A stretch of DNA of 55,149 nucleotides from IMG/VR virus record IMGVR_UViG_3300022839_000018; one strand, 5' to 3'. The notes under the pieces were generated by a model. It was not told where the DNA came from. It worked only from the letters and a program-made list of their open reading frames with translations, and did not search any database. The position numbers and the translations under genes are program-made. Source of the DNA: a virus. How positions within the stretch are numbered: the first letter of the stretch is position 1; each line of letters starts with the position of its first letter. Below, piece after piece: positions 19,147-27,621 of the stretch.

Positions 19147-19294
19147 CTACTATCCCCTTGTTGTGTTTACGAAACCTTTTGTTGTAGGCTTTTTTAATCC
19201 TCTTCAACTGACCAGCTTTCCACAGGTAAAACTTACGTGCTTTAGTGAGGCCATCATATTCATCGCCACCCTTCATGGGAATACGTTTAGTCAT
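19139..19294 (-). CDS. Small basic protein (51 aa)
   Basis: Translated by hand as MTKRIPMKGGDEYDGLTKARKFYLWKAGQLKRIKKAYNKRFRKHNKG.... AGGAG precedes the ATG, and the gene overlaps the next start. Confidence 0.5.
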   Translation of the reverse strand: MTKRIPMKGGDEYDGLTKARKFYLWKAGQLKRIKKAYNKRFRKHNKGIVDE

Positions 19295-19366
19295 TTATCA
19301 TCTCCTATTGCTACTGGGGTGTTAGTAATAGCAAGTACTGCCCCTTAACTAATACAGTGATGTTGT

Positions 19367-19609
19367 TTACTCATCATAGTTCTCCTCAAATCCATAGAAG
19401 TTCATCACACGGGTGATTGCTATTACATCACCTGATAGCTCCTCATAGTCTTGCATTTGTGGTTCTGACAGCTTCTGCATGTTATCCAGACGTGCAATCT
19501 CTTCAAGATACATGTCCCGTGTACCCTTGAGACGTACCTTAACGACAGCATCTGCAAAGTCATACATCGTGTCGCTACCTTCAAGCTCTTTGTAGATTTC
19601 ACTCAGCAT
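19367..19609 (-). CDS. Hypothetical protein (80 aa)
   Basis: Track ORF. Confidence 0.6.
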   Translation of the reverse strand: MLSEIYKELEGSDTMYDFADAVVKVRLKGTRDMYLEEIARLDNMQKLSEPQMQDYEELSGDVIAITRVMNFYGFEENYDE

Positions 19610-19800
19610 CTTTTAGTTTCCCCTTTAATGTAATCCTCACAATCCCATGAGAAGTCACTCATAGCGATAGGTGCATTGTCTGGATCGTGGTCCCACCAAA
19701 GGCGAGAGCCTTCACGTTCAGCCTCACCGAAGTGGCGGGTGCAGGCTGTGTTAGTGCAGTCTGACGCACAGAAGGTTTTATCTTTATAGCATAGTGCCAT
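19603..19800 (-). CDS. Small Cys-rich protein (65 aa)
   Basis: Track ORF, MALCYKDKTFCASDCTNTACTRHF..., with six Cys. Confidence 0.6.
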   Translation of the reverse strand: MALCYKDKTFCASDCTNTACTRHFGEAEREGSRLWWDHDPDNAPIAMSDFSWDCEDYIKGETKRC

Positions 19801-20011
19801 TTGTTTGTTCCTTTGTTTTCTTCAGTTCAGCTTGATAAGCAGCATAAGCAGCATCAGCATAAGCAGCAGCATCAGCAGCATAAGCAGCATCACGTTTAGC
19901 AGCAGCATCAGCAGCATAAGCAGCATCAGCAGCAGCATCACGTTTAGCATCAGCAGCATAAGCAGCAGCATAAGCTGCCCTTAGTTCTTCTCCTTTAGTC
20001 ATGTTAGTCAT
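19784..20011 (-). CDS. Ala/Tyr/Asp heptad-repeat protein (75 aa from ATG 20011)
   Basis: GAGGAG RBS before MTNMTKGEEL, followed by AAYAADA-type heptads encoded by a (GCA)n-like low-complexity tract. Confidence 0.55.
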   Translation of the reverse strand: MTNMTKGEELRAAYAAAYAADAKRDAAADAAYAADAAAKRDAAYAADAAAYADAAYAAYQAELKKTKEQTNGTML

Positions 20012-20303
20012 TCTGTTTCTCCTCTGCAATCTTATTGAGCATATCAAAAGCCTCACCTACACTGATTTCTGCTACAGCACACATCAACACTAGCCTGATA
20101 CCATCTTCTACAAACATCTCTCTGGTGTCATAGCTCATGTCAAACGTGTAGGTAGCTGAACCATCCTCATGTTCTACTACTTTCTCTACATCGAAGTAAT
20201 ACCCTTTGTTATTCGTTGGTTCCTTGTGTTCAGTCATCGCAGCACAACCATCACCTGACGGGTAATCCAAAGGTTCTCTGCAGGAAGGGCATAGATCAGT
20301 CAT
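20004..20303 (-). CDS. Hypothetical protein with an N-terminal CxxC...C cluster and an EHEDGSAT domain (99 aa)
   Basis: Track ORF. Confidence 0.65.
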   Translation of the reverse strand: MTDLCPSCREPLDYPSGDGCAAMTEHKEPTNNKGYYFDVEKVVEHEDGSATYTFDMSYDTREMFVEDGIRLVLMCAVAEISVGEAFDMLNKIAEEKQND

Positions 20304-20330
20304 TCTGTTTCTCCTTTAATATAAATCTCA

Positions 20331-20513
20331 TTAGTCATCTTGTTCAACCGATAGGTATTGGTCTGCGTCTATAGTGTAGCTACACCCCCTCAAGAAGTAC
20401 GTAAAGTATTGCAACACCTCCTGCATGTCCATGTTGTCAGCATTAAACTCTAGAGTAATTGTGCAGCCACCGGGGTCTGTGTTAGTGAACTTCATATCAG
20501 TAAGCATCCTCAA
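20331..20513 (-). CDS. Hypothetical protein (60 aa)
   Basis: Track ORF overlapping the thyX-like stop by 17 nt. Confidence 0.55.
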   Translation of the reverse strand: MRMLTDMKFTNTDPGGCTITLEFNADNMDMQEVLQYFTYFLRGCSYTIDADQYLSVEQDD

Positions 20514-21171
20514 TCAATGCTATCCACGACACAGGGAATAGCTTTTCCATTTGAAAGTATATGTCCCAAGCTACCTCTTGTGTCTCTGCCTGTGTGTCAG
20601 TGGCACACCTTAGCTTACACATATCAGCAAAGGCATCAAGGCTACCTGACCAGTACCACTCAGTCATGGTGGACTGTGGTAATACCATACGTGCTTGCTC
20701 AGGACATACACCCGCCTCAAGTAATGTTTCGTACTCATAGAGGGCGGACTTGTTAAACTCATGTGGCACTAAGTAAGGAACTTTAACTTCACCTGAACTA
20801 CCTTGTTTTATATCATCAGCCCTACCACGCCATACATCAGGTGTGTAAAACTCAGGCTCATCATCGACATACCTACGGCTGATCTCATTCCAACGCAGAA
20901 ATTTATGCTTGACTAACTGTCGTGCTACAAAGCATGGAGCCTTGACATGGAAGGATGCAAAGCAGTGACCGAATGGACTATAATGGCTATGATTGGCTAG
21001 GTATTGGATTAGCTTTACGTCACGGCTTGATAGTGACTCTTCTGTCGCTTCACCTGAGTGGAAACCTTTTGTTAAGGTAACGTACTCAGATTTCTTACCA
21101 AAGCTAACACGTGCTGCATTAACTACAGTAAGGTCAGTACCCATGTGGTCTATGTATGTTGCGTTAATCAA
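20497..21171 (-). CDS. thyX: ThyX-like flavin-dependent thymidylate synthase (divergent signature)
   Basis: HYSPFGH and KHKFLRWNEISRRY align with the ThyX signature RHRxxSxxxxSxRY. Length is 224 aa. Confidence 0.7.
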   Translation of the reverse strand: MINATYIDHMGTDLTVVNAARVSFGKKSEYVTLTKGFHSGEATEESLSSRDVKLIQYLANHSHYSPFGHCFASFHVKAPCFVARQLVKHKFLRWNEISRRYVDDEPEFYTPDVWRGRADDIKQGSSGEVKVPYLVPHEFNKSALYEYETLLEAGVCPEQARMVLPQSTMTEWYWSGSLDAFADMCKLRCATDTQAETQEVAWDIYFQMEKLFPVSWIALIEDAY

Positions 21172-21511
21172 TTGTCACCTCCTTTAGTACATCTTTTGCC
21201 TGTTGTTCGGTAAGCTTAAACCATTCACCGTTATCAACCTTGTTCCAAGGTGTGCTGGTAATCCTTGCCGCAATCAAATGTGCCTTACGCTCCGCTGCAT
21301 TAACATCATCAAAGTGTACAGAGTGTACAATCCAATAGTCACGAAGTGGTGAGCTTGTCTGATAGCTACGTAGCCTGTCGTTTGCATCAATAGCCCTGCC
21401 TATCTTAACCCATTCGGGCCATGCCTTATTTGTAATTACGTAAACATACCCAGCTTGTACGTCCTCTTCTGCCATCTCAGCAAAGGCAGCTATGTCTTCG
21501 TATGAAATCAC
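21164..21511 (-). CDS. T5orf172/MUG113-like (GIY-YIG superfamily) protein
   Basis: GYVYVITNKAWPEWVKIGRAIDANDRLRSYQTSSP pattern. Confidence 0.5.
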   Translation of the reverse strand: MISYEDIAAFAEMAEEDVQAGYVYVITNKAWPEWVKIGRAIDANDRLRSYQTSSPLRDYWIVHSVHFDDVNAAERKAHLIAARITSTPWNKVDNGEWFKLTEQQAKDVLKEVTID

Positions 21512-21711
21512 TGTATTGCCTCCTCAATTTCAGATACATCTTCCTCCAATTCTGTGAAGGCGTCTGCTAATTCGTTGTGTTTGTCTATTAATTCAATCAT
21601 GCCCTCCCTAAATCTTTCTATAGTTTTTTTCTGAAGGTGTTGCTCCCAAAGTAACACAGCTACTGACGCAAGTAAACCAAATTGTATTAGGTCAGCTACT
21701 TCTATTAACAT
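21508..21711 (-). CDS. Small membrane/coiled-coil protein (67 aa)
   Basis: Track ORF with the hydrophobic segment LIQFGLLASVAVLLW. Confidence 0.55.
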   Translation of the reverse strand: MLIEVADLIQFGLLASVAVLLWEQHLQKKTIERFREGMIELIDKHNELADAFTELEEDVSEIEEAIQ

Positions 21712-22928
21712 ACGTACCTCGCAATCTTGTACTCAAGGTCGGTGTGTACAATACCGTGCCAACCTGACAGTTTGTTCTTGACCACGTTGATGTGACGTTG
21801 GTTGTCTTCTTCTTCCTGTCCCTCTACCGTAGGGTTCTTAGAGATCATAATCATAAGGTCAGCTTCTGCTGCCTTACCTGTACGTGATCCCTCCATCATT
21901 GCTTGGTTCAGTACAACCTTACCCTCTGCTTCCGCAGATAACTGTGACATATAGAACACAGCGCAGTCTTGTTGCTTAGCAATCTGTCGTGCATGTATAG
22001 CGTTAGCCTTCAGTGATTCATCAGGTCGTGAGAAGCCAGCCATACGTGAGAACTTGTCACCCATGTCAAGGATAACAATGTCAGGTTTGTATGACTTGCA
22101 TACTGACTCAACCCAATTCATGTCACGTCCCGTTGCGTCCTTGAACATGATGTTCGGTCTGATCTTAGCAAAGATTTCCATAGCCTTCTGCTTCTGCTTA
22201 ACAATCTCGTGCTTATCCATCCCAGTTGCGGCAGTTATATACCTGTGAGCGACACGGTGGTAGCCTTCCTCGTTACATAGTACAACTACCTTAGCACCTT
22301 GCCATGCAAAGCCACCCGGCCCAGCCACCAGTGAGGCATGGAAGGATGTCTTGCCAGTGTTAGGCCGTGCACCTACCTCAATCAAGTGACCAGCGTTGAT
22401 GCCTTCAACCTTACGTGTCAACGTAGGTATGTTGAATGTCCACTGTGACTCAAGGTCTGTCATTGCAATGATGGTGTCGAGGTCAATGTCTTCCCACTCA
22501 ATACGTAGGTTAGGTGTAAAGTCATCGCCGTATTGCTCAAGCATCTGACGTAATGGCTCAAGGCTGGTCTTGTCACCATTTACATAGTCGAACCCAAGGT
22601 TGGCAATGTCTTCGCCTACTACCTGTTGGAACAGCTTAGACAGCACCTCCTGCGCAATGTCACTGCCCATCGGGGCTTCTTTAGTTACTTGAAGAAACAG
22701 GTGGCTGTACGCCTGTCTCTGTGCCGTAGTGAGGGTAGGGTTGTTAGCCATGAACAACGCCTCAATCTCTGCTGGTGTTACGGTACGTTCGTAACGATCC
22801 ATAGCTGAGTCGATAGACTGCTTGATCTTACGCACATCCTTACTAAACAAACGATCAGGGCAACGTGAGCCACGATGTTCGTCATAAAATTCTTTGTCCA
22901 TCAAGCTACGAATGAGTGATAGTTCCAT
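21705..22928 (-). CDS. DnaB/gp4-like replicative helicase
   Basis: Walker A GARPNTGKTSF and Walker B-like PDIVILDMGD. It lies adjacent to the primase. Confidence 0.85.
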   Translation of the reverse strand: MELSLIRSLMDKEFYDEHRGSRCPDRLFSKDVRKIKQSIDSAMDRYERTVTPAEIEALFMANNPTLTTAQRQAYSHLFLQVTKEAPMGSDIAQEVLSKLFQQVVGEDIANLGFDYVNGDKTSLEPLRQMLEQYGDDFTPNLRIEWEDIDLDTIIAMTDLESQWTFNIPTLTRKVEGINAGHLIEVGARPNTGKTSFHASLVAGPGGFAWQGAKVVVLCNEEGYHRVAHRYITAATGMDKHEIVKQKQKAMEIFAKIRPNIMFKDATGRDMNWVESVCKSYKPDIVILDMGDKFSRMAGFSRPDESLKANAIHARQIAKQQDCAVFYMSQLSAEAEGKVVLNQAMMEGSRTGKAAEADLMIMISKNPTVEGQEEEDNQRHINVVKNKLSGWHGIVHTDLEYKIARYVC

Positions 22929-22931
22929 GTG

Positions 22932-23693
22932 TTAGTCTCCTAGTGTTGAAAGGTTTGCCATGTCGGATGGCTGTCGGTATTTTAGGTCATCGTCTAGTCG
23001 TAGTACCTTGATGTTGGCAACGTGGCTACGTAATTCCTTAGCAAATTGCAGTGTCTTGGGTAAAGCATCGGGGTCTAATGCAATTATAGCTGATGAGAAC
23101 TGCGACAAGTACTGTTTGTGTCCATTAGATAGGGACGTACCTAACAATGCTACCCCGACATATAAATCACTACCTACAACGGCAGCACTTATGCAGTCCT
23201 CAACAACTACAGCAGTTTTACCACGTCCGAAAGCGTATGGCAATACACTCTTACCATATCTTTTCCACTTAGGTATACGATTACCCAGTGATCTGCCCGT
23301 GGCATCTACTGTAACTCCACCGTGTACAACAGGGAACACCACACGATGTTCCTTCACGTCATACAATAGCCCTAAGTCTTGCGCATCTAACTGCCATTGG
23401 TCACAGAAGGATGCAATCTTTTTGTAGTCTCTTACAAACCATTCAGGTCTGCTGAATGTTACAGCATGTGTCTCTTCTGCAACATGTCCTAATGACTTAC
23501 GTATGTCATCAGCAGTCAGTGATGTACGTGTACCACCACCAGCAGTGCAGCTTGCTTTATAACAATTCCATACGATGGAACCCATGTTATTTGTAACAGT
23601 AAAAGTGTTCTTAGTATTACATACAGGACAGGACATGCGTCTTGTCTCACCATTAACAAGTGATAGATCATTTATAATACTAAGTATATTCAT
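22932..23693 (-). CDS. DNA primase (zinc ribbon + TOPRIM)
   Basis: CPVCNTKNTF...WNCYKASC, then TAVVVEDCISA and ALDPD acidic motifs. Confidence 0.8.
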   Translation of the reverse strand: MNILSIINDLSLVNGETRRMSCPVCNTKNTFTVTNNMGSIVWNCYKASCTAGGGTRTSLTADDIRKSLGHVAEETHAVTFSRPEWFVRDYKKIASFCDQWQLDAQDLGLLYDVKEHRVVFPVVHGGVTVDATGRSLGNRIPKWKRYGKSVLPYAFGRGKTAVVVEDCISAAVVGSDLYVGVALLGTSLSNGHKQYLSQFSSAIIALDPDALPKTLQFAKELRSHVANIKVLRLDDDLKYRQPSDMANLSTLGD

Positions 23694-24814
23694 TACATAT
23701 TACTTTCTTTGTTACTCACTACGCTCGATTGTACACTGACATTTCTTTGTGTCAAGGCATTATTTGCAGAATCATATGTATGCTTCATGTATGGTTTCAC
23801 AGAAGACACATGATTGTGTCCTGTCACCGACATAAGTTGCCCAATTGGCACACCTTTATCAATCATCTGTGTCACTCCTGTCCTACGTAAGTCCATCAAT
23901 CGTAGTTCCTCCGACAATGCAGCCAACCTCATTACCCTACGGCCTACCTTTGATAAGCGTTCCATTGCGTATGGTTGATACTTACCCATAACAGGGCGTG
24001 GGTGAGGTGCTACGTAGTCTTGAAACCCAAAGTCAGTGCGTTGATTGCTAAGCATCTCACACAACCCATCCGATATAGGTAAAGATACATCCGCCCTACG
24101 TTTACTCTGCTCAAGGCTTAGCTTCTGAGAATGTAAGTCAATGTTATCCCATGTCAGGTTACGCATGTCACCTAATCGTTGACACCATTCGTATGCCATC
24201 TGTACTATCAAGCCTACGTTCCTGTATTCATAATCGCTGTATGCTTTATCAAGAAACCGGACAACGTCATCATGCTGCCACACTACCTTACGTTGCGGCA
24301 ATGCCTTACGTTTGATGTTGGCCCAAGGGTTTAGGGTAGCATGTTCCATCTGTATGGCGTAGTTGTACACCCTACTGGCACATGTAGCTGCATGGTTAGC
24401 GAAGCTGATGCCCCGCTTAACCCAATCTTCATATGCCTGCTTGGCAACCTTAGACGTTACACTGTCATACTTCTTACCACCCATTGTCTGGTGGAGAATG
24501 GTAAGGAAGTATCTGTAATCCACTTTAGTTGTAGTACGTAACATAATGAAATCATTAGATTGATAGTAGTAGTTTATCAAGTCAGTCACCTTGCTGCTAG
24601 GCTTTACTTGTATAACAAGAGACTGTTCATACCGCCACGCATCTATAGCAACATTGTGTTCCTTCACAATCTTACGCACTAGCTTGAGGTCAGTGCCGTA
24701 CTCTGCACGTTGCACTACACCCTCATCTACAAGAGGCTGCGGCGGATTGAAGCGGTACGAGATCACCCCAGAGGGTGACACTCGCTCTTGTACATAGCGT
24801 GGTAGGTTAGGCAT
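23693..24814 (-). CDS. int: Tyrosine recombinase (phage integrase)
   Basis: C-terminal catalytic region with DMRNLTW..., LRRTGVT, TGHNHVSSVKPYMKHTY (R...H-x-x-R...Y pattern). Confidence 0.85.
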   Translation of the reverse strand: MPNLPRYVQERVSPSGVISYRFNPPQPLVDEGVVQRAEYGTDLKLVRKIVKEHNVAIDAWRYEQSLVIQVKPSSKVTDLINYYYQSNDFIMLRTTTKVDYRYFLTILHQTMGGKKYDSVTSKVAKQAYEDWVKRGISFANHAATCASRVYNYAIQMEHATLNPWANIKRKALPQRKVVWQHDDVVRFLDKAYSDYEYRNVGLIVQMAYEWCQRLGDMRNLTWDNIDLHSQKLSLEQSKRRADVSLPISDGLCEMLSNQRTDFGFQDYVAPHPRPVMGKYQPYAMERLSKVGRRVMRLAALSEELRLMDLRRTGVTQMIDKGVPIGQLMSVTGHNHVSSVKPYMKHTYDSANNALTQRNVSVQSSVVSNKESNM

Positions 24815-25142
24815 ATACTACTCCTTCAAAATCTTTTGCCAACATGTCTGTGCTAGAACTCCAATAATATATTTTCCCTTCCCATACGGTCATGCAAATT
24901 ATACCCGCAGCTATTTGGGATTCCGTTAATTTACTTTGCTTACCCTTTAGTGTGCCATCCGTGGCAATTATAGGACTTTTGCAGTCTATGCAAAGAGTTT
25001 GCATACTGTTCCTATCCACTACAACTATGTCAATTGGGCCATCAGAACCCACGTTTCTAAAAACTTCATACCCCCCCTTAATTAAGAGGGTACAAAGTAA
25101 TAGCTCCATAAGGTCTCCCTTCCTACTGAAACTGAGTTTCAC
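24807..25142 (-). CDS. Hjc-like PD-(D/E)xK nuclease / Holliday junction resolvase fold (GTG start)
   Basis: RKGDLMELLLCTLLIKGGYEVF...GPIDIVVVD...LCIDCKS parallels archaeal Hjc (RKGSxxER...GF...PDIIA...IExKS) as I remember it. Confidence 0.55.
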   Translation of the reverse strand: MKLSFSRKGDLMELLLCTLLIKGGYEVFRNVGSDGPIDIVVVDRNSMQTLCIDCKSPIIATDGTLKGKQSKLTESQIAAGIICMTVWEGKIYYWSSSTDMLAKDFEGVVYA

Positions 25143-25972
25143 TACGCAGCTTCCAACAAACGGAACCTGTCATCGCTGACCCACTTGCTTACCTCTTGCT
25201 CACGTGACCACATGCTGATTGCCTGTGTGTCATTGCCTGTTGACTTGAGGTTGAACCCATTACGTTCGTCTGCATAGGTAGCATAGTTAGTCATAGCACT
25301 ATATAAGGAGAACTTATTGTGACCACGAGTTGATGCTTCCGACATGTACAAACCATACATCTTCTCAGCCTTACGCTTAGACCCAAGCATGTCATCAAGC
25401 AGTGTGCTTACGTCTACATACTTGAGGCTAGTGTTAGCCCATACCTGCATCTGTTCTGCCTGTTGGTAGAAGTCAGTCCTTGCACGGTTCAATTCGTATA
25501 TAAAACTTTCCATAGAAAAGTTGGCAGTGTTTTTCTTACGCACCTTATCGTGATCTCCCGTGATCATACCATTGGTACAGAAGAAATCAATAGCACCAAA
25601 GAATACTTGGTTGCTACATGACCCATCAATACCATGCAAACTGATGATACGATTGCCAATGGATGTCTCGAACTTATCTGTGCGGATAGTTGACGTTACG
25701 TTAGGCAGGGTGATGTCCAGCATAGCCCATGCACCATTACGTGCGGTACGAAAGCCATACTTAGCACCATCTAAGTCATTGGCAGTCAGTGTCTCAGTGG
25801 CAGTGTCAACTACACCACGAAAGAAATCACCATGCGATGCACACTGAAAAGATTTACCAACGATACCAAGGGGATGCCCTGTTTCTTGGTTGATGACGTA
25901 CTTCTTGTCGGGCATACGTGTGTCCTCAAAGGCTACGTCAAAGTCTAAATGTTGTGGAATATCAAAAGGCAT
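25142..25972 (-). CDS. DUF932-family protein
   Basis: 276 aa. The overall pattern (GIVGKSF..., ISLHGIDGS..., FFCTNG) resembles the DUF932/DUF945 phage-plasmid family as I remember it. Confidence 0.6.
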   Translation of the reverse strand: MPFDIPQHLDFDVAFEDTRMPDKKYVINQETGHPLGIVGKSFQCASHGDFFRGVVDTATETLTANDLDGAKYGFRTARNGAWAMLDITLPNVTSTIRTDKFETSIGNRIISLHGIDGSCSNQVFFGAIDFFCTNGMITGDHDKVRKKNTANFSMESFIYELNRARTDFYQQAEQMQVWANTSLKYVDVSTLLDDMLGSKRKAEKMYGLYMSEASTRGHNKFSLYSAMTNYATYADERNGFNLKSTGNDTQAISMWSREQEVSKWVSDDRFRLLEAA

Positions 25973-26053
25973 ACTGGTTCTCCTATGTTTGTATGTACGG
26001 CAACTGTGCCATAGTTGTATGGTGTATGTCTACTCTTTACTGGTAACGGTAAG

Positions 26054-26446
26054 CTATTCATAGAATATGTGTGACCCATAGGTCACAGTCTTGTCAAGTT
26101 CTGCGCTCCAATACGGCTTAACGTATCTTGCGTGGTAGTGTGTTGATCCATTAGTTACGTCAGGTACATTACCAATTAGAACTTCATTAGCAAGCAGCAC
26201 GGACTTAGCCCACGCCACCATATCTGTTGGGTCATCTGACTTACCGTCACAGTACCAGCTAAACTGACACTTGTACCTACCCTTATTGTAGCCTTGATGC
26301 ACTACTTCGCACACATCATTAGGCCACCTGTTGCTCATTACCCTGTTCAGTACCACGTGAGCTACAGCGGCTTGCCCAACGGCAGGCTCACTACGTGCTT
26401 CATGGTATATATTAAGGGCAAGGCACATCAATGCTGCACTAATCAT
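26054..26446 (-). CDS. SleB-like cell wall hydrolase (Hydrolase_2)
   Basis: CLALNIYHEARSEP..GQAAVAHVVLNRV...CQFSWYCDG...GSTHYHARYVKPYW. Confidence 0.8.
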   Translation of the reverse strand: MISAALMCLALNIYHEARSEPAVGQAAVAHVVLNRVMSNRWPNDVCEVVHQGYNKGRYKCQFSWYCDGKSDDPTDMVAWAKSVLLANEVLIGNVPDVTNGSTHYHARYVKPYWSAELDKTVTYGSHIFYE

Positions 26447-26518
26447 TTTTTATCGTCCTTCTGTGGTTTGGGAAGTGGATGGCCCGACCAATCGTCACAC
26501 GGATCATCCTTTGTACCG

Positions 26519-26755
26519 TTACTGTACGGCAATGGGTGTTGAGTGTATGTATCCATAGCTTGTGTATTCCTCATGTACATACTCAGCACAGTCTATGAAA
26601 TCAATACGACAACCGGGGTAGTCATGCATAGCCATGTGTATGGCAAACTCTGTCGCTGACTTCCAATCATTTACCGCAGGGTATGTACCGTCTAACTTAA
26701 CAACTGACTTAACATTATTAATCTCAAGAGTTATGTCGTATGCCATTACAGCCAT
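26519..26755 (-). CDS. Hypothetical protein (78 aa)
   Basis: Track ORF. Confidence 0.6.
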   Translation of the reverse strand: MAVMAYDITLEINNVKSVVKLDGTYPAVNDWKSATEFAIHMAMHDYPGCRIDFIDCAEYVHEEYTSYGYIHSTPIAVQ

Positions 26756-26761
26756 GTTGTG

Positions 26762-27031
26762 TTACTCCTTTGGCTCGTAATACCATGCATTATCTGCATC
26801 AGGTAAGACCTTAGACTTCCAATGCTCTGGGTGTCCATCTTCGTCTACAACTGTACGAAAGTTAAACAACTCCCGTAAATCGGATCTTATCCGCCGCAAG
26901 TCACGCAGTGTAGAGATGTCTACGTCCAGACATTCAACTATGTTGTCTAGCGCATTGTCAAGTGTGTTGTACAAGTCAAGCATTTGTACAACTTCTTCAC
27001 GGGTTAGCTCTGTTTTAAGTTTCTTATCCAT
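26762..27031 (-). CDS. Acidic hypothetical protein (89 aa)
   Basis: Track ORF. Confidence 0.6.
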   Translation of the reverse strand: MDKKLKTELTREEVVQMLDLYNTLDNALDNIVECLDVDISTLRDLRRIRSDLRELFNFRTVVDEDGHPEHWKSKVLPDADNAWYYEPKE

Positions 27032-27042
27032 GTGGTATTCTC

Positions 27043-27267
27043 CTACCCTGCAAAATGTGACAGCTTACGTGCTGCATTACGGTTACGTTCAATGTACAAG
27101 CTTACCTTACCCATGTGGTGGGCAGTCATACACTTGTTACGTTGGAAGAACTTGAGGCCACGAGATTTGACACGCCGCTTACGCACCAATCCCTTTGTAC
27201 CCAAGATGTTAAAACGAAAGCCCTTGCTGCCATCGTCTAGTGATTTGGTTGCAAAGATTACAAACAT
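27043..27267 (-). CDS. Basic hypothetical protein (74 aa)
   Basis: Track ORF abutting the upstream stop. The antisense track ORF 27032..27406 is judged spurious. Confidence 0.5.
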   Translation of the reverse strand: MFVIFATKSLDDGSKGFRFNILGTKGLVRKRRVKSRGLKFFQRNKCMTAHHMGKVSLYIERNRNAARKLSHFAG

Positions 27268-27609
27268 TTATGCTACCCCCTCTAGTTTTGCATCAACTTC
27301 TTTAAGCCACATTGCTAACATCTTACGCTGCTTTTGCAGCTTACCACGATCCATGTTGAGTTTACCCTCAATTAAACCTGCCTGCTTTAGTAAAGTAACA
27401 CGGTAGGAAATGCGGTGATGGTATTCATTTAAGTCCTTAGCCATGCCTTTAATAGTAGAGGTACTCCAATTCTGCAAGATATAGTCATCCATTACAGAGT
27501 AATTGTAGGTGTACCTACAAGCCTTCTGCATGTGGAATGTGTGTTGTACATACAACTCAGGCTTCATGGATTTAACTACTGGGCGGGTTGTTGGTGTTGT
27601 GTTTGTCAT
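27268..27609 (-). CDS. Possible winged-helix DNA-binding protein (113 aa)
   Basis: TIKGMAKDLNEYHHRISYRVTLLKQAGLIEGK resembles a MarR/ArsR-type recognition helix plus wing. Confidence 0.4.
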   Translation of the reverse strand: MTNTTPTTRPVVKSMKPELYVQHTFHMQKACRYTYNYSVMDDYILQNWSTSTIKGMAKDLNEYHHRISYRVTLLKQAGLIEGKLNMDRGKLQKQRKMLAMWLKEVDAKLEGVA

Positions 27610-27621
27610 GGTGATAGCTCC

